From an uncultured Methanoregulaceae archaeon (GTDB lineage Archaea; Halobacteriota; Methanomicrobia; Methanomicrobiales; Methanospirillaceae), in the NCBI GenBank assembly GCA_963717525.1, contig OY970343.1, positions 1,248,001 to 1,312,000 of the forward strand: a DNA stretch of 64,000 bases, in the 5' to 3' direction. The position numbers and the translations under genes were made by a program. The notes under the pieces are model-generated. The model saw only the letters and a list, made by a program, of their open reading frames with translations, was not told where the DNA came from and ran no database searches. Below, piece after piece: positions 33,961-44,880 of the stretch. The first letter of the stretch is position 1. The number at the start of each line of letters is the position of its first letter.

Positions 33961-35621
33961 TACCTGTTCTTTATGTTGATGATGAATCAGCCCTGCTCGA
34001 CATAACGAAGCATTATCTGGAGCGCAGCGGAGAGTTCAGAGTAGATACTGCGACCTCTGCCAACGAGGCGATCAGCAAACTCATGGAGCAGGAGCGGTTG
34101 TACGAAGCAATCATCTCCGATTTCCAGATGCCGGAGATGAATGGCATCGAATTTTTAAAGAAAATCAGGACTACCGGAAATACCATTCCTTTTATTATTT
34201 TTACGGGAAAAGGGCGGGAAGAAGTTGTCATCCAGGCATTAAATGAAGGCGCCGACTCGTACATCCAGAAAGGCGGTGAGCCCAAGGCGCAATTTGCCGA
34301 ACTCGCACACAAGATCCGGCAGTCCGTCCAACAGAGAAGGGCGGAAATCAATATCAGGGATCTTGAACGGAGAGAGGGGGACATCATCAACTTCCTGCCG
34401 GATGCAACCTTTGCTATCGACACCCATGGGATTGTGATCGCATGGAACCATGCGATGGTGAAGATGACTGGTATCAGGGCAGCTGAAATTCTTGGGAAAG
34501 GCGACTATGAATATGCACTGCCCTTTTACCATGAGCGCCGTCCCATCCTGATCGATCTCGTACTCCGTGATGACCCTGCAACCACTGTAAAATATGGGAA
34601 TGTCACTAGGAACACAGGGAACCTCATTGCAGAGGTCACTATCCCCCACTTCAATAACGGGGAGGGGGCCTTGCTCTGGTTCGTTGCCTCCCCCCTCTAT
34701 GATACCCGGGGCACCACCGTCGGTGCAATTGAATCGATCCGGGATATCACCGAACGTAAAAAGGCGGAAGAATCCTTAAAAAGTAGCGAGGAACGGTACC
34801 GCACGCTCCTGCAGCGTTCGTTCGATGCGGTCGTGGTTCACCGTAACGGCATCATTACCCTCGCAAACCAGATTGCTGCCACTCTTCTGGGTGTATCGTC
34901 ACCATCAGAACTTGTCGGAAAAAAAGTTCTTGATTTTGTCCATCCCGCATACCGGAATACCGTCACGGAGCGGATAGGAGCGATGACCACCGGTAACGTA
35001 ATGACCGCAGTTGATACTATCGAAGAGAAATTTCTGCGGACCGACGGAGGGGTTATTGATGTCGAAGTAGTCGCCACAGGTTTTTTTGATAAAGGCCAAC
35101 CCTCGATCCTAGTGGTATTCCGGGATATCACCCGGCGCAAGGGATTGATGGAAGCGCTTAAGGAGAGCGAGGAGCGATACAGGAACGTTGTCGAGACCCA
35201 GACCGAGTTTATCTGTCGGTTCAGGCCAGACGGCACCCATATCTTTGTCAACGAGGCATACTGTCGGTATTTCAATAAGACACGGGATGAGATGATCGGG
35301 AATAAGTTCATCCCCAGGATCCCGGAGGAAGAAAAAGCCGGCGTAAAGGAACATTTTGTCTCCCTGACCCGGGAAAATCCTGTTTTGGCGATTGATCACC
35401 GCATCATCATGCCCGACGGCAAGATGCGATGGCAGCGGTGGAACGATCGGGCAATTTTCGATGATAAAGGGATCCTTGTTGAATATCAGTCAGTTGGCCG
35501 GGATATAACCGATGTCAAGGAAGCGGAAGAGGCACTGAGGTTCAAGCATGAGGAACTGATCAGTGCTTATGAGAAATTGACCGCAATGGAAAAAGAACTG
35601 GCTCTACAGAGCCCAAAATGA
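33957..35621 (+). CDS. REC + three PAS domain signalling protein
   Basis: VLYVDDE, ISDFQMP.MNG, IIFTG.GREE, YIQKGG; three PAS/PAC repeats ending RDIT. Confidence 0.9.
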   Translation: MIPVLYVDDESALLDITKHYLERSGEFRVDTATSANEAISKLMEQERLYEAIISDFQMPEMNGIEFLKKIRTTGNTIPFIIFTGKGREEVVIQALNEGADSYIQKGGEPKAQFAELAHKIRQSVQQRRAEINIRDLERREGDIINFLPDATFAIDTHGIVIAWNHAMVKMTGIRAAEILGKGDYEYALPFYHERRPILIDLVLRDDPATTVKYGNVTRNTGNLIAEVTIPHFNNGEGALLWFVASPLYDTRGTTVGAIESIRDITERKKAEESLKSSEERYRTLLQRSFDAVVVHRNGIITLANQIAATLLGVSSPSELVGKKVLDFVHPAYRNTVTERIGAMTTGNVMTAVDTIEEKFLRTDGGVIDVEVVATGFFDKGQPSILVVFRDITRRKGLMEALKESEERYRNVVETQTEFICRFRPDGTHIFVNEAYCRYFNKTRDEMIGNKFIPRIPEEEKAGVKEHFVSLTRENPVLAIDHRIIMPDGKMRWQRWNDRAIFDDKGILVEYQSVGRDITDVKEAEEALRFKHEELISAYEKLTAMEKELALQSPK

Positions 35622-35647
35622 AACAACCGGAATAACCAGGTGGTGCG

Positions 35648-36022
35648 ATGAAACAAGAAAACGTTCAATATTTTACAGAAAAGGAAGAAGAGATCGTCAA
35701 TCTCTTGATCGAGATTGGAACGAAAAAAAATGTTGCAAAAGTGCTGGTATTTTTAGATAATATTCCCGAAGCGACATCCCACGCGATAGAGCGCGGGACT
35801 AACCTGCGCCAGCCCGAAGTAAATATAACCATGCATTACCTGATGGATAGGGGCTGGATCAGGAGCCGTGAGAGCAAGGCCGAAAGCCAGGGACGTCCGG
35901 TCAAGATCTACGAATTGGCTAAGCCCGTCGCAGAGATTATGGACAGTTTCGAGAAAGAGAGTGAGGACAGAGCCAATAATCAGCTCAAACTCATAAAGAA
36001 ATTACGGGATTATATTTCCTGA
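35648..36022 (+). CDS. Archaeal winged-helix transcription regulator
   Basis: EATSHAIERGTNLRQPEV...GRPVKIY. Confidence 0.85.
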   Translation: MKQENVQYFTEKEEEIVNLLIEIGTKKNVAKVLVFLDNIPEATSHAIERGTNLRQPEVNITMHYLMDRGWIRSRESKAESQGRPVKIYELAKPVAEIMDSFEKESEDRANNQLKLIKKLRDYIS

Positions 36023-36132
36023 TAACATTACACCTGTGATATATTGAACCACCTTGTGACCATATATCGATAAAATCAATTCGTCAGCGAGTCTATCTCA
36101 TTTTACAAAATGTGGGGGTTCCAAAATCTGGT

Positions 36133-37463
36133 ATGTCGCTGCTTTCTCATCAAAAGCAAACCATTTATGATATCGGCATTATCGCAAGTGTCATCGTTGC
36201 CATTATAATCACTTATGTATGTCTCAATAATGGGATCTATGAGGTATTTCCGTACCTTTATCTCATCCCGGTGGTGCTTATTGCATATACCCGTCCGAAA
36301 TTTGGGATTTATGGGACAGTTCTCGTTGGTTGGTTATATTTCGTGCTTGTCTATTTCTGGGAAATCCCGGATTCGCAACTTTTCACTCTGGCCACAATAA
36401 GGTTCTATGTCTTTGTTTCCATCGGTATCCTCATATCAGTCTTCTCCCAGGAATATCGGAAAGGGGAGCAGAAAAACCATACGTTATATAATCATTCTCA
36501 GGCAGGAATTTTCAGCATTAATAAAAAAACCCTTGAAATAACGGATGCCAACCGGAAGTTCGCTCAGATAATCCATTACCAATGTAGCGATCTGATAAAA
36601 AAGAATCTCTCAGATATTATCACCGGTTCCGAAGAGCGGGAATCATTTCTCGCCAACTTACACGATTTTTGCAGGGTAGAGGATATTGAGGTATTCCTGT
36701 CCGCACGGGACGGACCCGGGCGATGGGTACTTATCTCGGCTTCTCATACCGACGAAGAAAATATTGTCTGCACAGTAGTCGATATCACAGATCAGAAAGA
36801 GTCACAACGTGCTCTTATGCTGGCAAACCGGAAACTCCTTTTGCTCTCCAGCATTACACGACATGATATCCTCAACAAGTCATCCGGTATCTATGGATAT
36901 CTTGGTATCCTTCGTATGAAATTCCCGGACCCTGCATTGGCAGATTATATCAGTAAACTGGAAGATACAACAAAGAAGATTCAAGCCCTGATCGCTGAAA
37001 CCCAAGTCTACCAGGATCTGGAACCCAAGAACCCAAGTGGCAGGAACTGGACAAAATCGCAAGGGACGTACAGGTCCCGGCAACTATCGCACTCATCGTA
37101 GATCTTCAGGGAGTCGAAGTATTCGCAGATCCGATGCTCAAAAAAGTGTTCTCAAATTTCCTTGATAATTCACTTCGGCACGGAGAGCGGGTGACCGAAA
37201 TTCGGGTGTCGTCCCAAAAGTCTGGCGAAGATCTGATTGTGGTATGGGAGGACAACGGGGTTGGCATCGCTGCTGAAGAAAAGGAACGAATCTTCGAGTG
37301 GGGATTCGGGAAAAATACCGGACTCGGGATGTTCCTTATCCGGGAGATCCTTTCCCTGACGAGCATCACCATTAAAGAAACCGGGCAGCCAGGTAAAGGA
37401 GTGCAGTTTGAGATAACGGTGCCGGAAGGGCAGTACCGGTTTACAAGGGTGGATCAGAAATAA
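36133..37463 (+). CDS. Membrane PAS sensor histidine kinase (frameshift ~37021)
   Basis: TM region, PAS, SITRHDILN H-box, DNSLRHG, EDNGVG, GFGKNTGLG. Confidence 0.9.
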
Positions 37464-37496
37464 AAAACCATCAGGATATTAAGGATAAATAATAAA

Positions 37497-37513
37497 AGTT
37501 CTGTTGAGTTATC
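37497..37513. repeat. Solo left end of the 80-bp element family
   Basis: GTTCTGTTGAGTTATC matches 38641 GTTCTGTCGAGTTATC at 15/16. Confidence 0.55.
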
Positions 37514-37640
37514 ATGATTTTTAATTGTTATTAAAAAAAACAATGAATAATTTTTGAGCACTAATATCTCGTTTTATGTAAATAAAAAGAAAAGAGGGCA
37601 ATACCATAATTTCTTTCACTTAATTACGATTAAAGACGGG

Positions 37641-38550
37641 CTATCTGCCACTACTTTTATTTATAATCTGTTCTAGCGTAACAATTGTAATTTTTAATGC
37701 ATATTCAGCATCATCTTTTGCAGGAATACTACCACCATGAGCACCTTTGTTGCTTAAATAAATCCATACACTTTTTATGGATTTTCTATCCGTGTCCGAT
37801 GGAAAAATACTATTCAATGCGTTTTTCCAATCTTCATTTTTACCTACTTGGATACATAATGCCTCAATAGCTGCCCTACATGAAATTACACAATGGCGTA
37901 AGGCATCTGGTCCTCCATTGTGAAGGCGATCAATTGCACCCAGGACAGATTCTTGAACATTCGGGTAGTTTTTCAATTTCTCAGCAACGGATAGGCGATT
38001 ATATATCTCAACTGATTGGGCTGATCGGACTAACTTTGGGCTCGATATACGAAGTAAAGATTTTTCTTTTTTTTCATGCTCCATTATTGTCTTTCGTAAT
38101 GCAAGCTCGAGCGGAATGTCTCTATTCCAGATTAAGTCTTGATTCTGGAGTTCCTGAAGGACTAAAATTAATGTGTTGTAGAAAGAAACTGCACTCTTGA
38201 GTCGTCGCACTCGATTGAATTTTTTTAAAAGATTCGAAGAGTTTCCACCATACGATAGCGTACGGATTTTTATTGACATGTCTTTGACCGAAGATTCACA
38301 TTTTCCGAGGAGTTGATCACCAACGTGGCGCAAAGAGGAATTAACGTTATTTTTTGAGGTATTTAGAATCGATCTTCCTATTTTTCTTGTCAATCCTTTC
38401 GCTCCATATGGGACAACTGTCTGAACCAGCAATTCACCAAATATCGGTGCCTGATGATTATTGATTCCATTTGAGAGCGCTTGTTCTGCTTGGTACTCTG
38501 TATTGGACCGCTTCTTGAATAAGTTGAGAAATTGTATCTTTCGGTGTCAT
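37641..38550 (-). CDS. AT-rich protein with C-terminal HEPN/Abi_C-like domain (putative defence); likely start ATG 38550 with a frameshift
   Basis: AIDRL...ALRHCVISCRAAIEAL...YLSNKGAHGG...DDAEYAL; frame open upstream of the TTG at 38432. Confidence 0.55.
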
Positions 38551-38639
38551 ATTTCTTCCATGAGAAATAACAATTCCTATCGAACTAATCTACAATGATG
38601 ATAGGATTAGATACCATAGAGTGTCCCTTTACAATATAT

Positions 38640-38719
38640 GGTTCTGTCGAGTTATCGGCAGTTATTAAAGTTTGGTACTCCTGTTTGGGAAACCAAGCTG
38701 CCGACAACTTGACAGAACC
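38640..38719. repeat. 80-bp IS6-like hairpin element
   Basis: GGTTCTGTCGAGTTATCGGCAG ... CTGCCGACAACTTGACAGAACC, 20/22 IR. Confidence 0.85.
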
Positions 38720-38762
38720 TTAAATAACAATTATTAAGTAAACCATTGAAGATTACTCACAT

Positions 38763-41700
38763 ATGAAAACATTAAATGATATAATTGATCTCTTAAAAAC
38801 ACAGAATGTAACTCTTTTTTTAGGTGCTGGAAATTCATTGCGTTTAGGAGGACCATCTGGTAAGGACTTATTAGAGAGAGTGATTCAAAAATTTTCAGAT
38901 TTAGACTTCAGAAATCGATCTAATTTTTTTGATGTCTGTGAGGATATTATCGGATCTGATTCACACTCTCGCGTTGAATTAGAAGATTACATTAAAAAAC
39001 AGTTTATTGGATTAAAGCCTGACGAGTCTATAATTAAATTAATATCTCTCCCTTGGAAGTGCATATTTACTACAAATTATGATTTGGTAATAGAGAGAAT
39101 TCCTGAAAATCGATTGAAAACTCGATCAATTCGTCAAGTTACTGAAGATAATCCACAAATATACCCTGATAGAATAGATATTTTGTATTATATCAAAATA
39201 TTTGGATCTATAGATTGTAAATATAATGAAGAAGGATTTCCTGTTTTATCGAATATTGATAAATCCATCTCCTTTTTAAGGCGAAATGCCTATTATTCAC
39301 ACTTATCCGAATGTCTAAAAAAAGGACCGGTACTCTTCATAGGATATTCCTTTGAAGATGATATTGTTTTTACAATAATGGAAGAACTACTATCTTCAAG
39401 AGGATCGGGATCTTTTCAACATTCGTATGCTTTAACGCCAAACGATATAGATGAGCGTAAAATTAAAAAATTTTCAAGATACGATATTCATCATATCAAA
39501 GGAACGGTTGAAAATTTTGTTTTTCAAGCAGATCTAGGATTAAAAAATTACGATTTTGAATCCCATTTATCTGAAAAAACAGTTCATATTCGTGGGATTC
39601 CTATTGACATTCCTTTAAACATTGAACGACCCTCTCAAGAATATTTAGAATTTTTAAATCTTACATCAATGACATCGAAATATAGCAATATTCGAAAATT
39701 TTTTAGCGGTGAAGACGACTCATACTATCCTTTTGAAAAAGGTTGGGATTTTAAAAGAGAAATCTATGAAATTGATGAACAAACACAATCAGGACTCTGT
39801 CAACTTTACAATGTTCAGACAGGATTTAAAAAGTTTATTTTTAATAATATCGACAGCCCTTCACAAGATGATAATTTGTATGCCATACTGACCGGACCCG
39901 CCGGATGCGGGAAAACAATTATCCTGAAACGATTGGCATACGATTGGTATTCTTACGGAAATCCAGTAATTTTTTTGAAACCTCAAGCATCTCATATAGA
40001 TCGCAAACAATTAGAGGCATTCATTGAATACATTGAATCTGCTTATAAAAAAGTTTCCGGATATTCGAAACCACGACCTCGAACGTTATTGATTTGTGAT
40101 AATGCTTCATCTATATATCGAGATATAATTTCATTATTTTCAGAGATTTCATCAAGAGGAAAAGCCATCAATCTGATCATTTCTGATAGAGAAAATTTAT
40201 TCGCAGGACGAAATTTTTCAGGCTACCCAGTTTATAGAATTCCGGAATCAATCACATCATCAGAATTAACGACTTTTAGAGATTATCTGTATTCAAACAA
40301 ATTAATTGAATCCGACGCCGAATTATTCAACATATACGATAATCCAAAGATAAATCAATCATTTTTTGCTTTAATGTATACTTTAATTGATGAATCAAAA
40401 AGACCGCTAAATACAATTATTCATGATCAATATCAAAAATTAAAAGATTGGCAAAAGGCGGCTTATGAATACACCTGTTTATTCAATAAGTACAGATTGA
40501 ATCTAAATGAAGAAATTCTTGTTAATGCAACAATAAATGAATTTAAAAAATTTCGAGATGAGGTAAAAAAGGGATCTTTAAAATCCATCTTGTTCCCCGT
40601 TGATGAACAATATGAGGAAGTAGATTATAGGGTTCATCATCCGATTATTGCTGAAAGAACTGTGGATTTTGAGTTCGGTGAACCTGGAATTATCGCTCAA
40701 AAAATTACTGAACTAATCAGTAATGTAAATCCGCAGTATCCTCATCAGGTTAATCAAATAGAGAATCTTCTGATTTTTAAAATCGGACCCAACTCTAATG
40801 AGAAGGAAATCCCCATTTCTCTTAAGCGAGACATTTTTGAGGTCGCTAATCAGAGATTAAAATCGAGATCTATCTGTCACCATTATGCACTGCTTGAAAT
40901 TGAGGAGCCAAATGCAAATTATAAACATGCCGAACAACTGTTGAAGGAAGCTCTAGCAATAAATCAATCCAGAGAGAGAGATGAATTAATCTTCACCTCT
41001 TTTGGTAAACTATATGCAAAAATGGGTTATGTTTTTGCAGACAAAGGAAAAAATTCGGATGCCGAAAAATATTACAAAATGGCAGAATTAAATTTTGAAA
41101 GAGGGCGTTCGAAGCATTTTAAAAATCAATATTCATATCATGGTCATATTAGTCTTTTAATCAGAAAAGCAATAAAATCGAGCAATTCACTCGAAAAAAT
41201 TACACATCTTTCAAGGGCATTACAATTATGTGAAGAAGCAATAAATGTTTTAGATCAATCTGAACATATTCGGTTTTTGGAAGAAAAAGGCCGAATCTTT
41301 TCATTATCTAATGATATCGAAAAATTTGATGAAATTGTTGATTTATTGGCAAAAGAATACAAAAGCTCCGCAGGTTACAAACTTAAAGCCAATATTTTAT
41401 ACAGAAAACTTGCAGATTTAGAACGAACTCCCGAAACTTTATCTAAGTATAATGAATTAGACCAGTTAATTGAAACCGGATTGACAATTGAGGCAACCGA
41501 TCCGGAACTATTACGATTAAAGGCCCGTGTTTCGTTAATATTGCACAAGGATGATAAGACGTACTTATTGAAAATATTGAAAACTTGGTATCAACACGCA
41601 CAAGATAATGATCTGTATGTTTTATTCAGATATGGCGTTACACTTTTCGAAAAAGATAGTTATGAAAAGTCAAAACATATTTTTGAGGAACTGGATCAAT

Positions 41701-41966
41701 TATCTGAAGGGTATAAAACTAAAAGCACCCTTAACAAGGTCTATTATATAATGGAAAATGGAACAAATAAAGAGTATTTGGGGAAAATTACTCAAGTATC
41801 CTCAAATGGTAAAACAATTAAAATTAAATGTTCATCACTTCCCAATTTAAAATATGATATTGGTGCATTGTACCCGGAATTTGAACCTATAGTTAATGAT
41901 TATGTAAAATTTAATATCGCATTCAATTTCAGAGGGATTATAGGAAAAAATGTAAAGAAAAACTAA
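38763..41966 (+). CDS. SIR2-like domain + STAND-type ATPase + TPR + C-terminal OB/cold-shock-like domain (Avs5-like antiviral protein)
   Basis: LFLGAGNS, FTTNYD, FIGYS; Walker A GPAGCGKT, Walker B LLICD; helical repeats; C-terminal VKFNIAFNFRG; markedly AT-rich. Confidence 0.8.
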   Translation: MKTLNDIIDLLKTQNVTLFLGAGNSLRLGGPSGKDLLERVIQKFSDLDFRNRSNFFDVCEDIIGSDSHSRVELEDYIKKQFIGLKPDESIIKLISLPWKCIFTTNYDLVIERIPENRLKTRSIRQVTEDNPQIYPDRIDILYYIKIFGSIDCKYNEEGFPVLSNIDKSISFLRRNAYYSHLSECLKKGPVLFIGYSFEDDIVFTIMEELLSSRGSGSFQHSYALTPNDIDERKIKKFSRYDIHHIKGTVENFVFQADLGLKNYDFESHLSEKTVHIRGIPIDIPLNIERPSQEYLEFLNLTSMTSKYSNIRKFFSGEDDSYYPFEKGWDFKREIYEIDEQTQSGLCQLYNVQTGFKKFIFNNIDSPSQDDNLYAILTGPAGCGKTIILKRLAYDWYSYGNPVIFLKPQASHIDRKQLEAFIEYIESAYKKVSGYSKPRPRTLLICDNASSIYRDIISLFSEISSRGKAINLIISDRENLFAGRNFSGYPVYRIPESITSSELTTFRDYLYSNKLIESDAELFNIYDNPKINQSFFALMYTLIDESKRPLNTIIHDQYQKLKDWQKAAYEYTCLFNKYRLNLNEEILVNATINEFKKFRDEVKKGSLKSILFPVDEQYEEVDYRVHHPIIAERTVDFEFGEPGIIAQKITELISNVNPQYPHQVNQIENLLIFKIGPNSNEKEIPISLKRDIFEVANQRLKSRSICHHYALLEIEEPNANYKHAEQLLKEALAINQSRERDELIFTSFGKLYAKMGYVFADKGKNSDAEKYYKMAELNFERGRSKHFKNQYSYHGHISLLIRKAIKSSNSLEKITHLSRALQLCEEAINVLDQSEHIRFLEEKGRIFSLSNDIEKFDEIVDLLAKEYKSSAGYKLKANILYRKLADLERTPETLSKYNELDQLIETGLTIEATDPELLRLKARVSLILHKDDKTYLLKILKTWYQHAQDNDLYVLFRYGVTLFEKDSYEKSKHIFEELDQLSEGYKTKSTLNKVYYIMENGTNKEYLGKITQVSSNGKTIKIKCSSLPNLKYDIGALYPEFEPIVNDYVKFNIAFNFRGIIGKNVKKN

Positions 41967-42021
41967 CAATTCATTTTATTCTTATCCGTTTCATGTCACC
42001 CCATATAATACAAATATTTAC

Positions 42022-42101
42022 GGTTCTGTCAAGTTGTCGGCAGTTTCTGAAATTTGATACTTCGAAGAAAAGTCACTAGCTGCCGAAGACTTGACAGAAC
42101 C
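42022..42101. repeat. 80-bp IS6-like hairpin element
   Basis: GGTTCTGTCAAGTTGTCGGCAG ... CTGCCGAAGACTTGACAGAACC, 20/22 IR. Confidence 0.85.
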
Positions 42102-42369
42102 CATTGTGCAGAGTGAGATCACTCTTAATGTAAAAATCTGGAATGCTGCTGGTGATTGTCAGAGAATGTATCGTGTTGAGTTTAAATTTTTAGCATATGC
42201 TTAATAGAATTTGCAATATAATACTGCGCGGCAAATATATTATCAAGTATGCACGGCAGTAAAAGAACGAGAGGCCAACGAATCAGAACCTCTGGACTGG
42301 TCCAGATCCCCAGTTTTTTCTGGCGGTTTTTTGGGAGCCGGAAATTCTTTAAAATTTTAAATTTTTGCG

Positions 42370-42397
42370 TTTTCTTATAATCCCTATTAAAGGAACG
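42370..42397 (+). other. dif/Xer-like recombination site B
   Basis: TTTTCTTATAA-TCCCTA-TTAAAGGAACG, centred in an imperfect IR 42337..42428. Confidence 0.5.
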
Positions 42398-42721
42398 ACG
42401 TAAAAATCAAATTTAAAAGGATTCCGGCGACTAATGCGGCAGGAAAAATCCAACCCGGGAAACCGGACATCGATGACCGTAAACGCCTTAGGATCCCGGA
42501 AAAATAGATTACTTCCCGCTGTTCCGGAACACCACGATCGCCCCGATGACCGGCACCGCATCGGGCCCGGACCGGGGCGTATTGGCAGGCAGCGGAATTT
42601 TCTTCGCGCTCCAGTATGGGGCCAGAGGAGCCGGGATCTCTCCATTTTAGAGAGAAAGGATTACAAAAATCCAGTGTTCAATCCCGAAAGTATAACCTAT
42701 GTGGGTGATAATCCCTACATC

Positions 42722-43858
42722 ATGAAAGGGTCATATCGGATCGGGCGGATATTCGGCATTCCTATTCTCATCCATTACACGTTCCTGATCGTGATCCCAC
42801 TTTTAGCGTGGATCATAGGGAGCCAGATCTCGCTGACGACAGATACTATCAGAGGGATCTTCCAGGTCCCGATAGATACATCCCTGATCACAGCGGGATT
42901 CATGCCTTGGATCCTCGGAACCGTCGTCGCACTCGGTCTCTTTTTGGGCGTCCTTGTCCACGAAATAGCCCACTGCATCATCGCCCGGCAAAATGGCGTG
43001 AAGATCCAGAGCATCACCCTGCTGATCTTCGGTGGCGTCTCCCAGATGGAAGACGTGGGGGTACCGGATCCGAAAGTCGAGCTCCCGATGGCACTTGCCG
43101 GGCCGCTCACCAGCCTTCTCGTCGGTATAGTTTGCGGGGGTATTGTCTTCTTTATACCCGAAATGACCACAGACACCGCGACTGCCGGCGTCCTCATTCT
43201 TATCTTCGGATATCTCTCATTCCTTAACGTCATCCTCTTCGCATTTAACCTGATTCCTGCCTTCCCCATGGATGGCGGCAGGGTGCTCCGGGCGGAGCTG
43301 GCGAAACGGATGCCACTCCATAAGGCGACCCGGATCGCCGCCAACGTTGGCAAGGCTTTTGCGATTATTTTTGGCATCGTCGGCCTTATATTCTTCAACC
43401 CGTTCCTGATCCTGATTGCCCTTTTTGTCTACATCGGGGCTAGCTCGGAATCTACCATGGACCAGTTCACCTACCTGCTGCATGATGTAACGGTGGGTAC
43501 CACGATGAGTTCTCCGGTGACGGTCGTGGCGCCGACCCTGACGCTTGCAAAGGTGATCGAGATGATGCTGATCAGCAAGCACCTTGGATTCCCGGTCGTA
43601 GAACAGGATAAACTTGTAGGCATGATTACGCTTGTGGATGTGAACCGTATCCCGCAAATCGATCGCGAGACGATGCAGGTCCGCAACATCATGACTCACG
43701 ATCCAATCACCCTCCCGCCATCTGCACCGGTCATGGACGCCTTCAGAATCATGTCGGCCCGAAACATTGGGAGGATTCCGATAGTTCAAGAGGGACGAGT
43801 CGTCGGGATTGTGACCCGAACCGATATCCTGAAAGTGACAGAGCTAAAAAAGATCTAA
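42722..43858 (+). CDS. Site-2 protease (M50) with tandem CBS domains
   Basis: HEIAH, AGP, FNLIPAFPMDGGR, two CBS motifs. Confidence 0.95.
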   Translation: MKGSYRIGRIFGIPILIHYTFLIVIPLLAWIIGSQISLTTDTIRGIFQVPIDTSLITAGFMPWILGTVVALGLFLGVLVHEIAHCIIARQNGVKIQSITLLIFGGVSQMEDVGVPDPKVELPMALAGPLTSLLVGIVCGGIVFFIPEMTTDTATAGVLILIFGYLSFLNVILFAFNLIPAFPMDGGRVLRAELAKRMPLHKATRIAANVGKAFAIIFGIVGLIFFNPFLILIALFVYIGASSESTMDQFTYLLHDVTVGTTMSSPVTVVAPTLTLAKVIEMMLISKHLGFPVVEQDKLVGMITLVDVNRIPQIDRETMQVRNIMTHDPITLPPSAPVMDAFRIMSARNIGRIPIVQEGRVVGIVTRTDILKVTELKKI

Positions 43859-43872
43859 CAAGGGGAAGGCTC

Positions 43873-44349
43873 TTACGAACCGACCAGGATTGGAGTCTGT
43901 ACCTCAGACGCCATTTTCTGCATGGAATGAGGTACCGCAGGGGCGTGATGCGAAGATTCTTTTGGCGGTTCCCATACGGCGTGTTCGGAATGTCCGGTTA
44001 AGATCTGATTCTGCTGTGTAAGTGTTGCAAGGATCTGCCGGTTGACTTCGAGGCTCTCATTGGCGAGTGCGGAGATCTCGCCCAAGATCTTTGTCTGTTC
44101 GGCGATTAAAGCCGCGATATCTTGCGCGGATTTTGTCCCGGCTTCTTTTGTAGTAATGGACAGAGGCCGTTTTTTTGCAAATTCACTCCTGCGTTTCCAG
44201 ATTTTTGAGATACTATCAAGACCTTTTTTGGTATCAGGGAACACCTTGAAGTATCGATCATAAAATTCATGACTATCCTTGCACTGGAGGACGAGGTCGA
44301 TTTCCGCTTCCTCGACCACCTGGTATTTGCGGACGGGGATTTTCTCCAT
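43873..44349 (-). CDS. Hypothetical protein
   Basis: 158-aa ORF with coiled-coil segment. Confidence 0.6.
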   Translation of the reverse strand: MEKIPVRKYQVVEEAEIDLVLQCKDSHEFYDRYFKVFPDTKKGLDSISKIWKRRSEFAKKRPLSITTKEAGTKSAQDIAALIAEQTKILGEISALANESLEVNRQILATLTQQNQILTGHSEHAVWEPPKESSHHAPAVPHSMQKMASEVQTPILVGS

Positions 44350-44460
44350 AGCACCGGATCACTCACTGAGGGAGATAAAGGGGCGGCCATGAGGGGGGTG
44401 AAAGTGAAGAGGAGTCAGTAATACGAAGACCTCCCTCTGAAATGTCGAGTTTATTCAACT

Positions 44461-44880
44461 TTATACCCGCAATTGAGACTGTACCGATTGTGAATCCGTT
44501 TTCAGCGGTTCACAAGCATGCGCCATCTTCTGAACAATCAACGCAAGCTGGGATTGTGCTTCTTTGTCATGTGGATTTAACTTCAGGACTTTATCGAGTG
44601 CGCGGAGTGCCTCGGTATCTTTCTTGAGATGCACAAAAGCCAGACTCTTATTGAACAACGCGTTTGTGAATTGTGGATCAATGTCAGTTGCTTGCCCGAA
44701 GGCATTCACTGCATCAATGTATTTTCCTTGTCTGAATTGGATAATGCCGATGTTATTCCAGATGGTGGCGTTATTGTTATCGGTTCGAATAAGTGCCTGA
44801 AATAAGACGAGTGCCTCGTCCAATTGACCCTGTTCGGCGAGTTCGGTTGCCTCATTGAACAGATCGAACGCGTCGGGCAT
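44461..44880 (-). CDS. TPR repeat protein
   Basis: WNNIG...GKY..A..AF.QA..IDP; start MPDAF at 44880. Confidence 0.85.
   Translation of the reverse strand: MPDAFDLFNEATELAEQGQLDEALVLFQALIRTDNNNATIWNNIGIIQFRQGKYIDAVNAFGQATDIDPQFTNALFNKSLAFVHLKKDTEALRALDKVLKLNPHDKEAQSQLALIVQKMAHACEPLKTDSQSVQSQLRV

Larger units (their letters stand above)
19208..42430. mobile_element. Mosaic genomic island downstream of tRNA-Phe (boundaries approximate)
   Basis: GC drop after the tRNA, integrase, defence-like genes, repeat sites; no tRNA 3' duplication found in the window. Confidence 0.6.

Noticed and set aside
42434..42721. N-terminal extension of the site-2 protease ORF
   Set aside because: Family similarity begins at ATG 42722; the upstream translation looks non-coding
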